Positions 60,998 through 64,000 of a stretch of DNA of 64,000 bases are shown here, piece after piece. The stretch's first letter is position 1. Each line of letters begins with the position of its first letter. The notes below the pieces were generated by a model, which had not been told where the DNA came from, made no database searches, and was given only the letters and a program-made list of their open reading frames with translations. Where the stretch lies: NCBI GenBank assembly GCA_051942205.1, contig JAVECO010000129.1:1-64000 (forward strand). Direction: 5' to 3'. Origin of the DNA: Coniocarpon cinnabarinum. Taxonomy: Eukaryota. The translations under genes and the position numbers were made by a program.

Positions 60998-62130
60998 ATG
61001 GGTCAAAATCCGCAGGAGGCCTTTCGCAGGCTTCAACAGACTCTCCAACGCGGGCAGAAGAGATTCGGTGCTGGTGGCGGCGGAGGAGGTCGAGGCGGTT
61101 TGGGAGCTGTTGCCAGTGTGGTCCTGCTCGGCGGTGCTGCGTGGACATTCAATAATGCTCTCTTTAACGGTATTGAGATGTGAGGCGCACGAGACTTTGA
61201 ATGGTTGTACTGACAATTGCGTTCGCAGTTGATGGTGGCCACCGCGCAGTCAAATACACTAGGCTAGGAGGTGTTCAGCAACAAATATACCATGAAGGTA
61301 TGTGGATGTACTTGGAAATTGAGGCTCGAGACTTCTCTTCTGCTGTATCGAGCATCATCAATGACAAACAGCAAGTGCTAACTGATACGTGAAGGTACTC
61401 ATCTCATGGTGCCATGGTTCGAGACACCTATCACATACGACGTCCGCGCAAAGCCCCGAAATATCGCCTCTCTTACTGGTACAAAAGACTTGCAGATGGT
61501 TAACATTACCTGTCGTGTCCTCTCGAGGCCTCGAGTCGACGCGCTTCCGCAAATATACCGCACCCTTGGCACAGATTTCGATGAACGAGTGCTCCCGTCG
61601 ATTGTGAACGAAGTCTTGAAAAGCGTCGTGGCGCAATTTAATGCAAGTCAGTTGATTACACAACGTGAGAGCGTATCAAGATTAGTGCGAGACAATCTCG
61701 TGCGAAGAGCAGCAAGATTTAACATCATACTTGATGATGTATCGTTGACGGTAAGCAACACAAGGATTTGTGGAATGCGAAAGCCATCAATTGACTTTGC
61801 GAATAGCACACCGCCTTCTCACAAGAATTCACAGCAGCCGTCGAAGCCAAGCAAGTGGCACAGCAAGACGCCCAACGAGCAGCCTTTGTCGTGGACAAAG
61901 CACGGCAAGAAAAGCAAGCCACGGTGGTTCGCGCTCAGGGTGAGGCCAAATCGGCTGAACTCATTGGTGATGCGATCAAGAAATCCAGAAGCTACGTATC
62001 GCTCCGAGAGTTTGAGAACGCTAGAGCCGTTGCCAGCATCTTGGAGAAGAGTCGAAACAAGGTTTACCTGAACGCAGACGCGCTAGGTCTGAACGTTGGC
62101 AGCGATAACACAGGTAAGGGCGGGCAATAA
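60998..62130 (+). CDS. PHB2: Prohibitin 2 (exons 60998-61169, 61229-61297, 61395-61750, 61807-62130)
   Basis: [67 protein letters not shown]; divergent from RNA15. Confidence 0.95.
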
Positions 62131-62619
62131 GTCGATTGAGTCGTTCTGGCATTGTACATATAGCATGGTGCTGGAGGGTCAGGACAGATCTTCGCCACTT
62201 AGCATGTTTTAAAATTTCGACAGAGCGCTGCCTTTGAAACTTGGGACTCATCTAGTTGCCCCCTCTCAACACATCTTGAGATCGGTCGGGCTTTACCTGG
62301 TTGCTGAGCACGCTCATCCAATGAGCCAGCCTAACGTTTGCATCGATGTCTGGATGACAGCATCTAATCGCCTATGTCCGTCGTCTGACCGCGGAGGGGC
62401 AAAGTCCTTCCAATCGCTTGCTGCCTTTGTTCGCAAACCCATTCCACCTGTTGCACGCTGCTTGGTACTTCTCCTTTACTGATAGAACCAGTACGCTCCA
62501 ATCATAACCATTTCATTGTCTTGACACGCGAACAAACTTGCAGCGACTCCCATCAGCCGCTTCGCACCACCCCACCACTACGAAACGTCTCAAGGAAGAA
62601 CATACAGCCCACCACAACC

Positions 62620-62982
62620 ATGCAAATCAAGTGCGTCCACTTTCCTCCCTTCTGAAAGCCTTAAATACATAGAATTGACACCATAAATCCTCCTACTCCT
62701 GTTGTGCGCAACGCACATCATGTGAACCCAAGGCGCTAATCAAAGACTAGAGTCCGCACCCTCACGGGCAAAGAAATCGAACTCGACATCGAAGACACAT
62801 ACACGGTGACCGACATCAAAGAGCGCGTCGAAGAGAAAGAGGGCATCCCACCGGTACAACAGCGTTTGATTTACGGCGGGAAGCAGATGGCGGACGAGAA
62901 GACGGCGAGTGAATATAAGTTGGAAGGAGGCGCGACGTTGCATTTGGTGTTGGCGTTGAGAGGAGGTAGATCGGCTTGGTGA
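62620..62982 (+). CDS. NEDD8: Ubiquitin-like modifier NEDD8/Rub1 precursor (exons 62620-62630, 62751-62982); absent from the ORF track
   Basis: [18 protein letters not shown]...[24 protein letters not shown]...[10 protein letters not shown] plus RSAW propeptide. Confidence 0.96.
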
Positions 62983-63637
62983 GAGGAATGTGACGTTGAA
63001 GAATATGAAGGTGAAACTGGAGATGGCGCTGAGGGGTGAGATGGATGAGCTGAGACCGGACGCGAGCGTGTCCTGAAACGGGTGGTTGTGGTACGAAGAA
63101 AGGCAGAGTTGCGACGAAGTGGGGAAGGTCGTGCGTTGTCGTGAACGTCGATGAGCAATGAACGTCAATGGCAGCACGGCGCTATATGTGCCTAGCACAG
63201 CATTACGCGAAGGGGGCCCACGCTACTAAGCGAATAGATTTTGAGGATCGAACAGCTCCGAGTTGAATCAGAACCTCAAACAGAATCCGAATAAATTACT
63301 CTTCACAATCTGACTTCGGCGCAGCCACTGCTGCTGCAGTGACCTGAGACAACTATCACATTAAAGCATGTGCACGTGGATCGTCATCCACAAGTGGGTA
63401 CGCCGTGGCGTTTGAATGTATCATTATTCTCTGTGAACCGTTCCCAGGGACCGTCAAGTGTAATGTACAGGTCTTCATAGTCATGTCCCAATGTAGTTGC
63501 CACCAACACCATGCTTCAAAATTCAGTTCGTCCCAAGTATATCATCCGTGCCATCGTAAAGTCCTTCCGCGTATGCTATGCTCGTCCAATTCCACTTAAT
63601 GTCATTCCATCTCCAATTGTTGAATCATTTCGCAAGC

Positions 63638-64000
63638 TCATGCAATGCGTTGTCTTTTCACTGCCGGTGCAGCGACTGGGCTGTCAAGGTTTCGTTTCAT
63701 CGTGCCTTGATATTGTGCTGATGCTCTTCCTGTTGGCGCCGAGAGAGTTCTTTGTTGGCTGAGTGAAGGTCTTTGCAAGAAGATCGATGGTGATTGTTGC
63801 GGCTTTTGAATCCTCGAAAGAGGAGTGATAGGAGGTCTGTGTGCTAGTGTGTTTTCACGTTCTCGGCGAGCTTGGAGGATTGCTGTGCTCTTTTCTGACA
63901 ACCCAGCTGGCTGCGCCCCCGTCGCTGTGGTGATTTTGTCCCTCGACGAAGTCGTTTGTTTTGTTTGTTTTGTTTGGTTTGTTGCCGGAGTTTCTTGATT
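63638..64000 (-). CDS. Probable 3' end of a gene continuing beyond the window (low-complexity tail with basic NLS-like end)
   Basis: Frame is open from the window edge to ...MKRNLDSPVAAPAVKRQRIA*. Confidence 0.45.
   Translation of the reverse strand, partial: NQETPATNQTKQTKQTTSSRDKITTATGAQPAGLSEKSTAILQARRERENTLAHRPPITPLSRIQKPQQSPSIFLQRPSLSQQRTLSAPTGRASAQYQGTMKRNLDSPVAAPAVKRQRIA

Overview
Gene-dense DNA from a filamentous ascomycete (Pezizomycotina; short GT-AG introns, Woronin-body tether gene). A run of housekeeping genes (UBP16-like deubiquitinase, FBA1, SRC1/HEH1, APN1 on the left; Pil1/Lsp1-family, leashin/Lah, RNA15, PHB2, NEDD8 on the right) is interrupted by a compact ~23.5-kb, 7-gene secondary-metabolite cluster at 15122-38556. 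The cluster has a highly reducing PKS with a degenerate C-methyltransferase and no release domain, TWO PLP-dependent alpha-oxoamine synthases, a Zn2Cys6 regulator, a PhyH-type 2OG/Fe(II) dioxygenase, an MFS exporter and a 3-ketosphinganine-reductase-like SDR. This is the gene logic of sphingofungin-type sphingoid-base mimics, but with a second oxoamine synthase and no P450 or acetyltransferase, so it may make an undescribed congener. Shared CCG-based motifs occur in the cluster promoters. The right border is AT-rich and carries a double hAT-like MITE with RIP-like transitions. All exon boundaries were inferred by eye from splice signals and reading frame; no database searches were run.
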